Positions 10,989-22,184 of a DNA stretch of 64,000 nucleotides are shown piece by piece. The notes under the pieces were generated by a model. The model was not told the origin of the DNA and did no database searches. It worked only from the letters and a program-made list of their open reading frames with translations. The DNA is from Cyanidioschyzon merolae (taxonomy: Eukaryota), in the NCBI GenBank assembly GCA_000091205.1, contig AP006498.2; one strand, given 5' to 3'. Within the stretch, counting starts at the first letter, position 1. Every line of letters starts with the position of its first letter. Both the position numbers and the translations under genes were made by a program.

Positions 10989-13900
10989 ATGGTAGTGGCG
11001 AACGGACGCTTTCGCTTCGCCATTGATCGCGGTGGAACGTTCACCGACATCTACGCGGAGCAACCCGACGGCACCGTGCGCTTGTTGAAGCTTCTATCGG
11101 AGGACAAGGAACACTACAGCGATGCGCCACAAGAAGGCATCCGCCGTATCATCGCCGAGTTCTACGGCACAAGGCACCACAGCACCGACACCATTGACCC
11201 ACATGTCATCGAATGGATCCGAATGGGTACCACTGTGGCAACCAACGCGCTCCTCGAACGCAGGGGAGAGCGTTGTATCCTCCTCGTTACAGCGGGTTTA
11301 CGCGACCTCCTCCAGATCGGCTACCAATCACGACCGGATATCTTTGACCTACGTGCTGCGAGACCCGCTGTTTTGTACGAGGATGTTGCAGAAATACCGG
11401 AACGTGTCCGACTGGTATCCGCCGCAGCCTACGAGTCGCTGGAAGCAGTGGAACGCCAGCACCTCATCGCTACCCGAACCGGTCAATGGGTGCAGGTATT
11501 ACGCCCACCAGCCTTGGACGTGGCGGAAAGCGCCCTCAAAGAGGCACTCCAGAAAGGCATCCGCTCGGTGGCGGTTGTCTTCATGCACGCGTACGCATAC
11601 GATACCCATGAGCAACAGGTAGGTCACCTGGCCCTCTCACTCGGTTTCCAACACGTCACGCTGTCGTCTTCGTTGACCAACATGCAGCGGGTTGTACCGC
11701 GCGGACTCACGTGTCTCGTGGACGCCTACCTGACACCATGTCTACGCAAGTACCTGGAATCGTTCCGCGACGGATTCAAAGGCCGTTTGCAAGACACCCT
11801 GGTAGAGTTGATGCAGTCCGATGGCGGCCTCTGTCCACTGGAGTCGTTTACCGGTTACAAGGCGATCCTGAGCGGCCCCGCTGGCGGTGTTGTCGGCTAC
11901 GCGAAAACCATCTATCCGTTGACGGCGCTGTCGAGTCCAGATGGAAAACCTCAACCAGTCATCGGCTTTGATATGGGCGGCACCAGCACCGACGTTTCAC
12001 GCTATGCCGGACAGCTGGAGCACGTTCTCGAGTGCGAAACAGCGGGCGTGATGATCCAGGCACCTCAGCTGGACATCCAGACGGTGGCGGCTGGCGGAGG
12101 TAGTCGCCTCTTCTATCGTTCCGGACTGTTGCAGGTGGGTCCCGAGAGCGCCGCTGCCGATCCCGGCCCCGTGTGTTATCGAAAACCCGGCGGACAACTA
12201 GCTGTTACCGATGCCAACGTGGTGCTGGGGCGTCTACAGCCGCGCTTTTTCCCATCGATCTTCGGGCCTGACCAGAACGAATCCCTCGATGTAGAGGCCG
12301 CCCGCGCAGCTTTTGCCTCCCTTCGAGAACAGCTGACCAGAGACGACCCCGAGCGGAACCTGCTGAGCATTGAAGAGCTAGCCTTGGGCTTTATCCGGGT
12401 CGCGAATGAGGCCATGTGTCGACCCATACGTTCGATGACCGAGTCTCGAGGCTACGATCCCGCCCAGCATGTTCTTGCGTGTTTTGGTGGTGCCGGTGGT
12501 CAGCACGCCTGTGCAATCGCTCGGAACCTCGGAATGTCTACCGTGTACGTGCACCGCTACGCTGGTGTGCTTTCGGCGTATGGTATCGGCTTGAGTGAGT
12601 CCGTGGAGGATCTGCAAGAGCCGTGTGCGCTAGAACTCGCACGTGACCTGGAACGAGCGCAGCAACTGCTCCAGGAGTTGGAGCTACGTTGCCGGAAAGC
12701 GCTTGAAAGACGCGGTATTGCAAGTGATCGTATCCAGTGTGAGCGATTCCTCCATCTCCGGTACCAAGGTACGGATCTGGCGATGTTGATTTCGGAACCG
12801 GGTGCTGCGGCTACCTGCGAGGATTATGCAAGCGCTTTCGAACAGGCCTATGAACGTGAACATGGGTTTTTGCTGCGAGGTCGATCGATTCTTATTGATA
12901 ATGTACGTGTACGCGTAGCTGGACAGTCTACAGTGTCGCCTGTGCAGACGTATTCCACTGATGCGACTGGTGCTGGGCATTCGGATTCGGGCGAGGATGC
13001 CGCGACACGGGCCCCGGGGCCGCAACAGCAGCAGCAACAGCAGCTCGAAACGCTCTCGTCTACTGGTGCGCTATTGTCAGTGCCAGAGCCGCTGGATATG
13101 GTTGCGGTCTACTTTGCCACTGGCTGGCATACCAGGACGCCGGTCTATGCTCTGGAGAAGCTTGCTCCATACCAGACGTTTTCTGGTCCAGCGCTGCTTG
13201 TCGATCCCGCCGGTGGTATTACGATTTTGGTGGAGCCTGCCTGCCAAGCTGCTGTGCTCGCGGATCGGACCATACGGATTGACTTGTCGTCGGTTGCTGG
13301 TGCGGCAACACACTCGAGTAGTAGCAGTAGTAGCACTGATAGTCTTTCTGTTGCTCAAAGCGTCATTCAAGTGCCGGACGCTGTCAAACGATCCATATTT
13401 GCACATCGCTTTATGAGCATTGCAGAGCAAATGGGTCGCACACTGCAACGCACTGCGGTCTCAACGAATATCAAAGAGAGACTCGACTTTAGCTGCGCAC
13501 TCTTCGACGCCAAGGGAGGTCTGGTGGCCAACGCGCCCCATATTCCCGTCCATCTGGGCTCGATGCAAGACGCTGTTCGCCAGCAGGTGACGCTCCTGGG
13601 TGCAGACTGGCTTCCCGGTGAAGTGGTGATGACCAATCATCCAGCAATGGGCGGCACCCATCTGCCGGATATCACGGTTATCACCCCGGTGTTCCACGAC
13701 GGACGACCAGTGTTCTTTGTGGCGAGTCGCGGTCATCACGCAGACGTCGGCGGACTGACCCCAGGCTCAATGCCGCCTTTCTCACGGACGCTTGCTGAAG
13801 AGGGCGCAGCCATCGCCAGTCTCAAACTCGTCCAAGGAGGCGTATTCCAGGAAGGACGTGTTCGAGAGCTTCTCCAGCACGCCGGATGTCGGTGTCTGCA

Positions 13901-15308
13901 CGATGTGCTATCGGATCTGCGAGCCCAGATCGCTGCAAATCAACGGGGTATCCAACTCATGAACCAACTGATCCAGGAACAGGGTCTTGGTGTTGTCGAG
14001 CACTTTATGCATGAGATTCAGCGCACCGCTGCTGGATTCGTACGCGATGTCTTGCGACAAGTGGGGAAGCGCCATGGGAAACGCACCCCAACGGGTCGCT
14101 GGCTGCTCGAGGCTGCCGACGTGATGGATGACGGCTCCCGGATTCAGTTGCGGGTGGAGATTGACGACAACGACAACGACAACGACAACAACAATGACAA
14201 TGACAATAATGTCGACGACGGCTGCAGTGCTGTCTTTGACTTTACAGGAACGGATGCACAGGTGGTTGCCAACTGGAATGCCCCGCCCTCGGTAGCAGCG
14301 TCCGCGATCATTTACTGTCTACGGTGCCTCATTGGACGTGATGTACCACTCAACCAGGGCTTTCTGGATCCGATTACCATTCGAATCCCGGCAGGGTGTC
14401 TGTTGGATCCTCATCCCGAAGCCGCGGTTGTCGGTGGTAACGTCCTCACCTCGCAACGCGTAACCGATGTGGTACTGCGGGCGTTTGGCGCTTGTGCTGC
14501 GAGCCAGGGCTGTATGAACAACCTCACGTTTGGTACAGAGCACTGGAGCTATTACGAAACAATTGGTGGTGGCAGTGGAGCTGGACCCGGTTGGCACGGT
14601 GAGCACGGTATTCAGGTGCATATGACGAACACGCGTATGACGGATCCCGAGCTACTCGAGTGGCGTTATCCCGTTCTTCTGCGGCGGTTTCGTTTGCGAT
14701 CCGGCTCTGGTGGTCGTGGACGTTGGTCCGGTGGCAACGGCATCGAACGAGAGCTCGAGTTTCTCGAGGACGGTATCCAGGTATCGATTCTGTCGGAGCG
14801 ACGCGTGTTTGCTCCGTTTGGTTTAGCTGGTGGTGAAGCTGGCGCCCGCGGACGCAACTGGCTCATTCGCGCACCGGACACCAGCCGTGCTGCGCGAGCA
14901 GAAACGAAGGAAACTGATCCCCAACAGACGCTAGGTGCAAGCGCTCCGAGCAGCAGCAGCAGCAGCAGTAGTAGTAGCAGTAGCGATATTGTCGGTGGTG
15001 CTGCGTTCCACGCAGGCACGGTGCAGGCGGCTGCAGGCGGCCTTGTGGACACTGCTGGGCGCGCTGGACAACCCAAGTCGCACAAAAGCGAGACGCGCTC
15101 ATCAATAGACTCCTGGACCCGTACAGAAGCGCCACTCGAGCGTGCCTGGCTGGATGATCAAGCCGGTGTTGGCTCGCACAGGCACTGGCTGGTGAACCTC
15201 GGTAACAAGCAGTCGATCCGAGTTGTTGCCGGTGATCGGATTCGCATCTGCACGCCTGGGGGTGGTGGTTATGGTACACCTGGCGCTGTTGTTGAGCGAA
15301 ACACTTGA
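10989..15308 (+). CDS. OPLAH: 5-oxoprolinase (ATP-hydrolysing), hydantoinase A + hydantoinase B fusion, 1439 aa
   Basis: The N-terminus '[19 protein letters not shown]' matches the OPLAH start ([18 protein letters not shown]). The protein is long and colinear, with Hydantoinase_A and Hydantoinase_B signatures (e.g. '[16 protein letters not shown]'). It also contains lineage-specific low-complexity inserts (poly-Q, (DN)n, poly-S). Confidence 0.95.
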   Translation: MVVANGRFRFAIDRGGTFTDIYAEQPDGTVRLLKLLSEDKEHYSDAPQEGIRRIIAEFYGTRHHSTDTIDPHVIEWIRMGTTVATNALLERRGERCILLVTAGLRDLLQIGYQSRPDIFDLRAARPAVLYEDVAEIPERVRLVSAAAYESLEAVERQHLIATRTGQWVQVLRPPALDVAESALKEALQKGIRSVAVVFMHAYAYDTHEQQVGHLALSLGFQHVTLSSSLTNMQRVVPRGLTCLVDAYLTPCLRKYLESFRDGFKGRLQDTLVELMQSDGGLCPLESFTGYKAILSGPAGGVVGYAKTIYPLTALSSPDGKPQPVIGFDMGGTSTDVSRYAGQLEHVLECETAGVMIQAPQLDIQTVAAGGGSRLFYRSGLLQVGPESAAADPGPVCYRKPGGQLAVTDANVVLGRLQPRFFPSIFGPDQNESLDVEAARAAFASLREQLTRDDPERNLLSIEELALGFIRVANEAMCRPIRSMTESRGYDPAQHVLACFGGAGGQHACAIARNLGMSTVYVHRYAGVLSAYGIGLSESVEDLQEPCALELARDLERAQQLLQELELRCRKALERRGIASDRIQCERFLHLRYQGTDLAMLISEPGAAATCEDYASAFEQAYEREHGFLLRGRSILIDNVRVRVAGQSTVSPVQTYSTDATGAGHSDSGEDAATRAPGPQQQQQQQLETLSSTGALLSVPEPLDMVAVYFATGWHTRTPVYALEKLAPYQTFSGPALLVDPAGGITILVEPACQAAVLADRTIRIDLSSVAGAATHSSSSSSSTDSLSVAQSVIQVPDAVKRSIFAHRFMSIAEQMGRTLQRTAVSTNIKERLDFSCALFDAKGGLVANAPHIPVHLGSMQDAVRQQVTLLGADWLPGEVVMTNHPAMGGTHLPDITVITPVFHDGRPVFFVASRGHHADVGGLTPGSMPPFSRTLAEEGAAIASLKLVQGGVFQEGRVRELLQHAGCRCLHDVLSDLRAQIAANQRGIQLMNQLIQEQGLGVVEHFMHEIQRTAAGFVRDVLRQVGKRHGKRTPTGRWLLEAADVMDDGSRIQLRVEIDDNDNDNDNNNDNDNNVDDGCSAVFDFTGTDAQVVANWNAPPSVAASAIIYCLRCLIGRDVPLNQGFLDPITIRIPAGCLLDPHPEAAVVGGNVLTSQRVTDVVLRAFGACAASQGCMNNLTFGTEHWSYYETIGGGSGAGPGWHGEHGIQVHMTNTRMTDPELLEWRYPVLLRRFRLRSGSGGRGRWSGGNGIERELEFLEDGIQVSILSERRVFAPFGLAGGEAGARGRNWLIRAPDTSRAARAETKETDPQQTLGASAPSSSSSSSSSSSSDIVGGAAFHAGTVQAAAGGLVDTAGRAGQPKSHKSETRSSIDSWTRTEAPLERAWLDDQAGVGSHRHWLVNLGNKQSIRVVAGDRIRICTPGGGGYGTPGAVVERNT

Positions 15309-15590
15309 GCATCGTGCGTACAAGCGACTGAACCGAAGCACTCATCTCGGGCAGCACTGGACAAGCGCTTGCGGCTCTGCGATACCCGCTACACCTCTAG
15401 AGGACGTGTGTCTCCCTGGCAATGCCCCCGATCGTCATGCGTTCTCTGCTTCCTTTTCGATTTCAGTACTTTCCAGGATTTTGAACCTGAATAGACATAA
15501 TGTATGCATTGACGCATGCCTATGCACGGTTTTGCATTCATCCGGATACGCAAAACACGCCGAACGAATGCTAATGCTTGTTCCAGCTCT

Positions 15591-18500
15591 TTATCCTAGA
15601 CCACGATATTTTTCCTGTCGGATATAGTCGCGTTCCCATTGATGTAGATAAGGGAGTACGGGTGATGGTGTAAGCGCGTAAACGTGCCAACGTGCTCGTT
15701 CTTCTACCATAGACCACAGCTCGAGTAATATCGCGTGTAGATTCCGTAGAGCAGTATCGATCCAGGGGCGGTGATCGGTAGCCCGCTCCCTGACGCCTAC
15801 TGAAAACCGCGAAGACTGTTGGTGCTGCTGCTGCTGTTGCTGTTGTTGGCGCAAGTTGATCCACGCTCGCACCAGGAGCGGAACCAAAAACGGAGCCACG
15901 CGTCGGACGAGCCGCGGGTGCTGCTGCACCATCGCATACCAAAGCGTCGCAATACTCGCTTCTCCGGGGTACTGCTCGGTGACCCGCAACGCGAGCGCCA
16001 GAACCGGATGAAAAAGAGCTCCCGCTGGATCCGCTGAGCGATCGACCAAAGCGATCAGGAGCCGCACCAGGGTCTCCACAAGCCGGCAACGGCGTTGCGT
16101 TCCGGTCTGCGTCAACGCTCGAGCACTCGCTATCAGTAGCGCTTTCACCACGCGAAGCAATGCCTGGTGTTGACGACGCCAGTGCGTCCCGAGGCCGTGA
16201 AAGCGCGCACCACGAGCAAGGTGCTCAGGCCTGGGACGTGCAGCTGCTGCTGTGACTGCGGTTCCATATCGCTCTGGACGCTGAAGCGGGCGCCATAATC
16301 GCTCCACCAGACGTAACAGGTACCACAAAGCCGGTGTATCGTATTGAATCGATCCGTCTGGTTGGAGTTCCGGAAGCCTGTACTCCAAGAGTCTCTCGAG
16401 GACTGCCTCCAGCGTTGCGGCGTCCATGCTGGTAAGCCAAATACCCAGTCGCATCTCGATATAGCCGGCAGCGGAGCGTTGGGTGCTGCCGGCTGAGGCC
16501 GCACTCGCCTCCCCGGCGACATCTAGCACCGAGGCAGGTATTCCAGGTGCTGACGGTGCCTCGGCGCTCGACGCCAGTACCAACATACTCAGCAGCAGTG
16601 CCGTACGACCGGGTCCCAGGGAACGTTGAGTCGTTGCTGGTTGCGATTCTGGTGCGCTCAACGCCCTCCATGTGTCCTCGAAACAGTCCCAGATGAAGCG
16701 CAACGCGCGTCGGGGTAACCGTCTCGCCAGCTGCTCTAGCCAGTGCTGGATCCACAACAGACCAGCAAAGGGCTGCGAATCCAACCAGACCGGTGAACAT
16801 GTCGCCAACACAGTGACCAGTGCATTCGCCAGCGATTGTGATGGCATTTCAGTGGGTATCTCCCAGCGCTCAGTAAGCAAACGCCGCCACAGCGCCCAGC
16901 AGCGAGGACGCAACGCGCGGGGAATCTCATCCAGAGGCGTCAGTGGCTGCAACGACGACAGCAGCGGCAGCAGCAACTGGTGCTGCTGCTGCTGCTGCTG
17001 CTGCTGAGGCTCCAGCTCGTGGCCAGCTGCAAAGTTCGTCGTATTCAGCAGCGTGTCGCAACAATGCAGGTAAATCAAGCGCCATGCATCTGGTGGATGC
17101 GTCCAGAGACTGCGCAGGAAGGCGCTGCACAGTTCCTGGTAGAGACCCATGTGCTGATGCGTCCAGTACGGTACCTGTGCGTCTTCGCCAGCCAATTGCT
17201 GTTTCCAGAGAGTGCTCAGATGCTCGGCGAGCGCTGCACTACCTGTCCATCGCAAGGCAAAACGCGGACCGTATGCGAGACCCATACGACATAGCGCGAG
17301 CAACAAACGCGGTGTTCGCGTCCAGGTGTCCGGGGTCCAGGCGCAGCGCTCAAGCAATGCCAGTACCCGGGATGCAGGTAGCAGACGCAACAACGTATCT
17401 AGAAAAGGCTCCAGAAGAAACCGTTGCCGTAACCAGAGTGTTTGGGGCGCTGAGCCGTCGGTCTTGCTGGGCGACGCTTCCGCCGGCCAAACGCACTGCA
17501 GGCACTGAAACAGGGCCGCTTCCGCAGCAGTACGAAGCGCTTCCGTAGTCGTCGGCGACGTGGCCGCCGACGGTATCGTCACCGCCACCGTTGAGGCATT
17601 CGCTTCCATCCATAAATCCGATAAATGCACGATACTCCAGGTGGAAAGCGGATGCAGGTCCGCACTGCAGGGCGCCTGCGCGAACGCGCACAACAGGCGG
17701 CAGAGCAGTAGCTCGACCAAAGCGGCTACCTTGGGGGTATCGCGGGGCAACTGCGGTATTGCTGTCACCAGTCGAAGACAAGGAATGGATCGTAGCGTAT
17801 CGGCGTGCTGGCGGGCGAGGAACGCCAATACACAGCCAGCAGTCGTGGTGTAGTCGCTGTCATCATGCCTGATGCGGAGGTGCGGCGTATCGAGCCCGGT
17901 ATCCGGCGTTTCCAGCACCTGTTCCTCGCTTGGACGAATCCGGAGCTCCCAGATATCCACATCTTCACAGATCCATTCGTTGATTCGGGGTTCATCAAGT
18001 GCCATCTCCAGCACTGCATCGAGCAGAGCGCGTTCCTCGCTGATGCGCACCAGCTGGAGTGCAGCGTGTGCCCACAACATGGTGCGCTCCTGTCGTATCG
18101 GCAAGCGACAGTCGCGCTGTGGCAGCCAAAGCGCACCTAATGACGTCTCCCTGTGATGACTCCGCATTGCGGGTATCTGCAGCTGTCGCAGCCACAGCTC
18201 AAGGACGCTCCGTGTGGCGGTATCCGGCTGCCAGCTGCGCAGCTCCGTTAACAGCTGCATCGAGTCAGTGGAGAGCCCAGGCTGCATCGTTTGTTGCAGC
18301 TGCAACAACGCAAGGCTTACCCGCGCAAGCTCCGGCAGCAGTTGCGGAGCGCTTTCGCGACTCCAGCGCCAGCATGCACGGCAGGCATCGGTGATGAGCG
18401 GATCGCGGATGTCGCCAAGTGTGCTTTCGAGCGCTTCAGCTGCGGCACTGAACTGCGACGCGATCGACTCGATGCTTGTCACGAGCAACGGGAGCAGCGA

Positions 18501-20408
18501 CCACTTGGCTAAAGACGCTCGCTCTGTTCGATTTGTATCGCACCCAGCGGCTTCTGGTGACGAGGATGCAGCAGGCGCTCGAACCGATTGCTCAAGCGCG
18601 GGCTGAAGCATCTGCAATAGCTGCATAAACAGGGACCAGCGTTGCGCTACGGACCAATGCTTGGCGAGGTCCTGCTCCATCCGGAGCTGCAAGCGCGGGC
18701 TCCACCGCACTGCTTGACCTGTTTCAATGCAATGTTTGATGAGCAGCTGGAACAGACGACTGCCGTCTCGATGTCCACCGAGGTCTGTCACGAACGCGAC
18801 GCGAAAGGCGTCCACTGCCGGATCCGTTGCCGCCCTGTCAAAGAAGCAAAACGAAACGACCTGCGGATCTAGCAAGGGCTCAGTCGTGAGACGCGTCAGC
18901 AGCCGAGGCAGCAGTCGACGCTGTGCCGCCAACGGCACCATGCTCCGGAGCAGCGACGATACCGACGCATCATCGCTATCCAGTCGAGTGAAGAGGCGGA
19001 ACTGCCACGCGTCTGTGAGCACGCTGCTCCAGAGGCATCGCCATAGTTCATCAGGAAGCGACGGTAACGATGCCAAATGATGTAGGAATGTTGTCAGATA
19101 AGCGACGCCGTTGCGAGGTCGCTGGCTCTCACCAGCAACAGAATCCAGGTTTCGCGGCAGCGTGGACGCTATTCCCTGCGACGCAGCGGCTGCAGCGGAA
19201 CGAGAGCGCTTCCGTGCCGCTCCCGGGACCCGCTCTCGGGTGACCGGAGCGCTGTCGCTGACCTCCGGCGACGACGCCTGACTCAAGCACTCGGCACCCA
19301 GTCGGAAGCACTGAATCAGGCTGGCTACCGACATCAGCGTCTGGGTTGTGGTCGCGACCCGAGACCCTAGTCGCAGTGACTCATTCGCGCTACTGCCCGG
19401 ATCGAGGATAAGCGCCGGATGCTCGCCCAGCTGCTTGAGCGTATCGATTATCCAGGTTGCGTACGCAGCGCCAATGGTAGCATGTTTCCGACCGCCGCTC
19501 GCTTTCGACAGGTCATCGATGCTGCGATGGAGGAGCAATTTCAGGGGCACACCCCAGGCCGCCTCTCGTAACGATATGAGCGAGAGGCACCCCAAAAGAC
19601 CCGGTACGCTTTGGAACAAGGTCTCCAGCTGCTTCAGCGTCGCGTTCCGGAACTCGGCTCGTGCCTGGAGTCTTTCGAGGATCCGTGTGCGCACCTGTAT
19701 GAGCAGTTGGTCGAGTTGGCGGCAGCGCTCGAGCACTGGCTGCTGTTCCGCAAGCATGCAAACGCGGACCACTGCGCCGACCAGTCGTAGCAGGGCCTCG
19801 GTTGCCGGTTGGAACGCAGGTCGCTCCAGCAAAGCAACCAACACAGCGAGAACGCTTCTTAGTAGTGGCATGTGCACGAGTTCTGGGCGTCGCTTGTGCT
19901 CTGGTGCCGGTGGCGCTGATGCCAGCGCTTTCTGCTCTTGTTCAGCAGTCGCGCGGAATGACTGCTCTTCCATAGCCAGTTCATCGTCGAGCGTACGTAA
20001 CCAATACGAGGGATCTGTGCAGACGGCCGCGCTCCAGTCCACTACACAGCGACTGAGGGCAAAGACCACCACATCGACGAGCGCGCTCGAGAGCGGTAGC
20101 GGTTCGGTCGCTGCCAGACGCGTCAGCAACTGTTCAAGTTGCCTGATAAGCGCTTCCAGTTGCCGTGTAAGCTCCGCGTTTGCCGGGTTCTCTGGGTTCT
20201 CGCCAGCCGCCTCTAACTCCTGCACCGTGCCCAGTAACATGTGCGTCGTGATCTGGAGTGCCTCCCGTTCCGCTGCAGGCACAAACCAGGCGATCCCTTG
20301 ATTCGGTGTACGGTCTGCCAGTGCTGCAATGCATGCCAGCCGGTTCTCGAACGGCGTCGACTTTCGACGAGCCAGTGTGTGTACCTGGACAAAACAAGGC
20401 GGTGGCAT
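15591..20408 (-). CDS. Large uncharacterised protein (1605 aa), Leu/Ala-rich and probably alpha-helical repeat architecture, with poly-Q tracts
   Basis: An uninterrupted 4.8-kb ORF in a GC-rich genome is unlikely by chance. It has two poly-Q runs (QQQQQQQHQ) and abundant LxxLL-like helical segments. I recognise no enzymatic motif. Confidence 0.6.
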   Translation of the reverse strand: MPPPCFVQVHTLARRKSTPFENRLACIAALADRTPNQGIAWFVPAAEREALQITTHMLLGTVQELEAAGENPENPANAELTRQLEALIRQLEQLLTRLAATEPLPLSSALVDVVVFALSRCVVDWSAAVCTDPSYWLRTLDDELAMEEQSFRATAEQEQKALASAPPAPEHKRRPELVHMPLLRSVLAVLVALLERPAFQPATEALLRLVGAVVRVCMLAEQQPVLERCRQLDQLLIQVRTRILERLQARAEFRNATLKQLETLFQSVPGLLGCLSLISLREAAWGVPLKLLLHRSIDDLSKASGGRKHATIGAAYATWIIDTLKQLGEHPALILDPGSSANESLRLGSRVATTTQTLMSVASLIQCFRLGAECLSQASSPEVSDSAPVTRERVPGAARKRSRSAAAAASQGIASTLPRNLDSVAGESQRPRNGVAYLTTFLHHLASLPSLPDELWRCLWSSVLTDAWQFRLFTRLDSDDASVSSLLRSMVPLAAQRRLLPRLLTRLTTEPLLDPQVVSFCFFDRAATDPAVDAFRVAFVTDLGGHRDGSRLFQLLIKHCIETGQAVRWSPRLQLRMEQDLAKHWSVAQRWSLFMQLLQMLQPALEQSVRAPAASSSPEAAGCDTNRTERASLAKWSLLPLLVTSIESIASQFSAAAEALESTLGDIRDPLITDACRACWRWSRESAPQLLPELARVSLALLQLQQTMQPGLSTDSMQLLTELRSWQPDTATRSVLELWLRQLQIPAMRSHHRETSLGALWLPQRDCRLPIRQERTMLWAHAALQLVRISEERALLDAVLEMALDEPRINEWICEDVDIWELRIRPSEEQVLETPDTGLDTPHLRIRHDDSDYTTTAGCVLAFLARQHADTLRSIPCLRLVTAIPQLPRDTPKVAALVELLLCRLLCAFAQAPCSADLHPLSTWSIVHLSDLWMEANASTVAVTIPSAATSPTTTEALRTAAEAALFQCLQCVWPAEASPSKTDGSAPQTLWLRQRFLLEPFLDTLLRLLPASRVLALLERCAWTPDTWTRTPRLLLALCRMGLAYGPRFALRWTGSAALAEHLSTLWKQQLAGEDAQVPYWTHQHMGLYQELCSAFLRSLWTHPPDAWRLIYLHCCDTLLNTTNFAAGHELEPQQQQQQQQHQLLLPLLSSLQPLTPLDEIPRALRPRCWALWRRLLTERWEIPTEMPSQSLANALVTVLATCSPVWLDSQPFAGLLWIQHWLEQLARRLPRRALRFIWDCFEDTWRALSAPESQPATTQRSLGPGRTALLLSMLVLASSAEAPSAPGIPASVLDVAGEASAASAGSTQRSAAGYIEMRLGIWLTSMDAATLEAVLERLLEYRLPELQPDGSIQYDTPALWYLLRLVERLWRPLQRPERYGTAVTAAAARPRPEHLARGARFHGLGTHWRRQHQALLRVVKALLIASARALTQTGTQRRCRLVETLVRLLIALVDRSADPAGALFHPVLALALRVTEQYPGEASIATLWYAMVQQHPRLVRRVAPFLVPLLVRAWINLRQQQQQQQQHQQSSRFSVGVRERATDHRPWIDTALRNLHAILLELWSMVEERARWHVYALTPSPVLPYLHQWERDYIRQEKYRGLG

Positions 20409-20649
20409 GGAGGCTGGCTAGCGGCCGCACGCCTTTTCGGCTGCTGCCAGCAAACGAAACGTCTTTGAGGTTGCTGGAGCAGTACGACCAGATACTCGAC
20501 AATACCCGGAAGTACAGATCGGATCGAAATAAGCGTTCTGACAACGAGTGCCAAACGCGTGCTGTATACGATAAGCACAGGCGGCTGTGGCGGCGGCACG
20601 CCTGCCGATCTGGTGGCATTTTCGCAGGCAGGCATTCGCATCTGTCCAC

Positions 20650-21076
20650 TTGGGTGACAGGCGCATGGAAGCCTGCAGTGCTCGTTAGGTTTCTGGATTT
20701 CGATTCTTTCCGAACTTTAGAAATGTACAGTATCAAAAAGCAGGAATGCGAGCTTACGGATCCGCGAGTCATTCAAGAATTTGCGCTCGTCTGCTCCAAG
20801 TGACTCCTGCGACACCCTGCCGCCCGAATGTGTGACGTCACTGGGAATCCAGATGACTCGCGACACCTACCAGCGAGGACTGATTCCTAAAATTAAAGAC
20901 ATGTTGAGCCACGATGGATACGTACGGGTTCCTGCTGCTCGTTCTTACGAAGAAAATGCCAATGGCAAGCGAGCCTCACGCGACAAATCCGTCTGGTGCA
21001 GGCCGTGGGTCAGCGATCGCCGCCAACGTCGGATTCGGGTCTTGAACGCTGCCAGCAACATCCACCAACTGCTGAC
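20650..21076. repeat. Copy 1 of a 427-bp dispersed direct repeat (98.8% identical to copy 2 at 25278..25706)
   Basis: Direct read: 'ttgggtgacaggcgcatggaag...caacatccaccaactgctgaca'. Five mismatches to copy 2 over 427 bp. It lies ~240 bp upstream of the start codon of the 1605-aa minus-strand gene. Confidence 0.95.
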
Positions 21077-22184
21077 AGTAGCGCTTTAGGGGAAAGACAA
21101 CTGGAGCAGGCACACATCAACATCCCGCAAAAACAGGTATTGATGATATTGCAATGCGTCCCGAACGTTTCATGTGTACACCGCCGAGCCAGCAAAAAGC
21201 GTACCTGTTCCATGCCGCGCGGACACGGGCGGAGGAAACGACATCGATCTGGGCAGCGTGCATGCAGGGGGCAACATCAGCGACATTACTATAACTTATG
21301 GGATGTTAAGGACAGCGATACAGCACGCATCATGCACGTTCATCCGTGTCACGCGTGCATCCGCCGCTTCATGTCCATGCATGTCGTTTATCGACATGCG
21401 TCCACACTGGTCTATTCGATTCGGAAAACATTGCTGCAACATATCCGTAAGGGAGAAGAGACAGGCAAGTCGTTTCGTTGACGCCATAATCGCCGCAGTC
21501 TTCGTACGCTCTCGCCTTGTGATTCGTGAGGGCGCCCGGCGACGCACCGGCGGGCGTCATTACGAGTACCAAAGGAAACAGGTCACGACTCGGGCCTCGT
21601 TCGATGACGCGCAATACCCGTCGGTGGAGCGATAAATCTGGAACATACGAGCTGCGTCGTGTGAAAATCGACAACTGGTAATCGTCATTGGTTGCATGGA
21701 GCACTGGAGCGAGCGTCTCCATGGAACCGATCTAACCTCGAGCAGTCGTGTTCTGCGGCTTGCGTACGCAATCGACTGGGCAGTGCGAGCGGCATTAGAA
21801 ACGCGAATCAGCTGGAGCGTAGTCTTGCATGAGCATTCGCTCCGGAGGTGCGCATTCCTGAATCGGAATCGTGGAGCCTGGCGTCGAACACATATGCACC
21901 ATTTGCATGCGTCTTTGACCTTGCGGGAAACAGGTCACCGTACGCTGACAACGCGAAAATATGGTGCTCGTCCTCCAAAAAATTCCCTCGTCTTGGTCGA
22001 GTACCAAAACGCAGTACAGCCTCCTTCCGTCGAGCCCGCTTCCGGGTCAAACTGGTCTGAGCCCATGTATGCGCGGTCGGCGGTGGCGAGTCTCTCGAAC
22101 GGCGCAAGTACGGGTACAGCGCCGGGCGTCGCTGGCTACACAGTGCGCAGCATCTGAGCGTTCATCTCCGATATAACGCCATCA

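Noticed and set aside
10694-11050. Poly-His, poly-Pro and poly-Trp ORFs at the (GGT)n tract
   Set aside because: They are translations of a microsatellite in three frames on two strands and lie in the bidirectional intergenic region.
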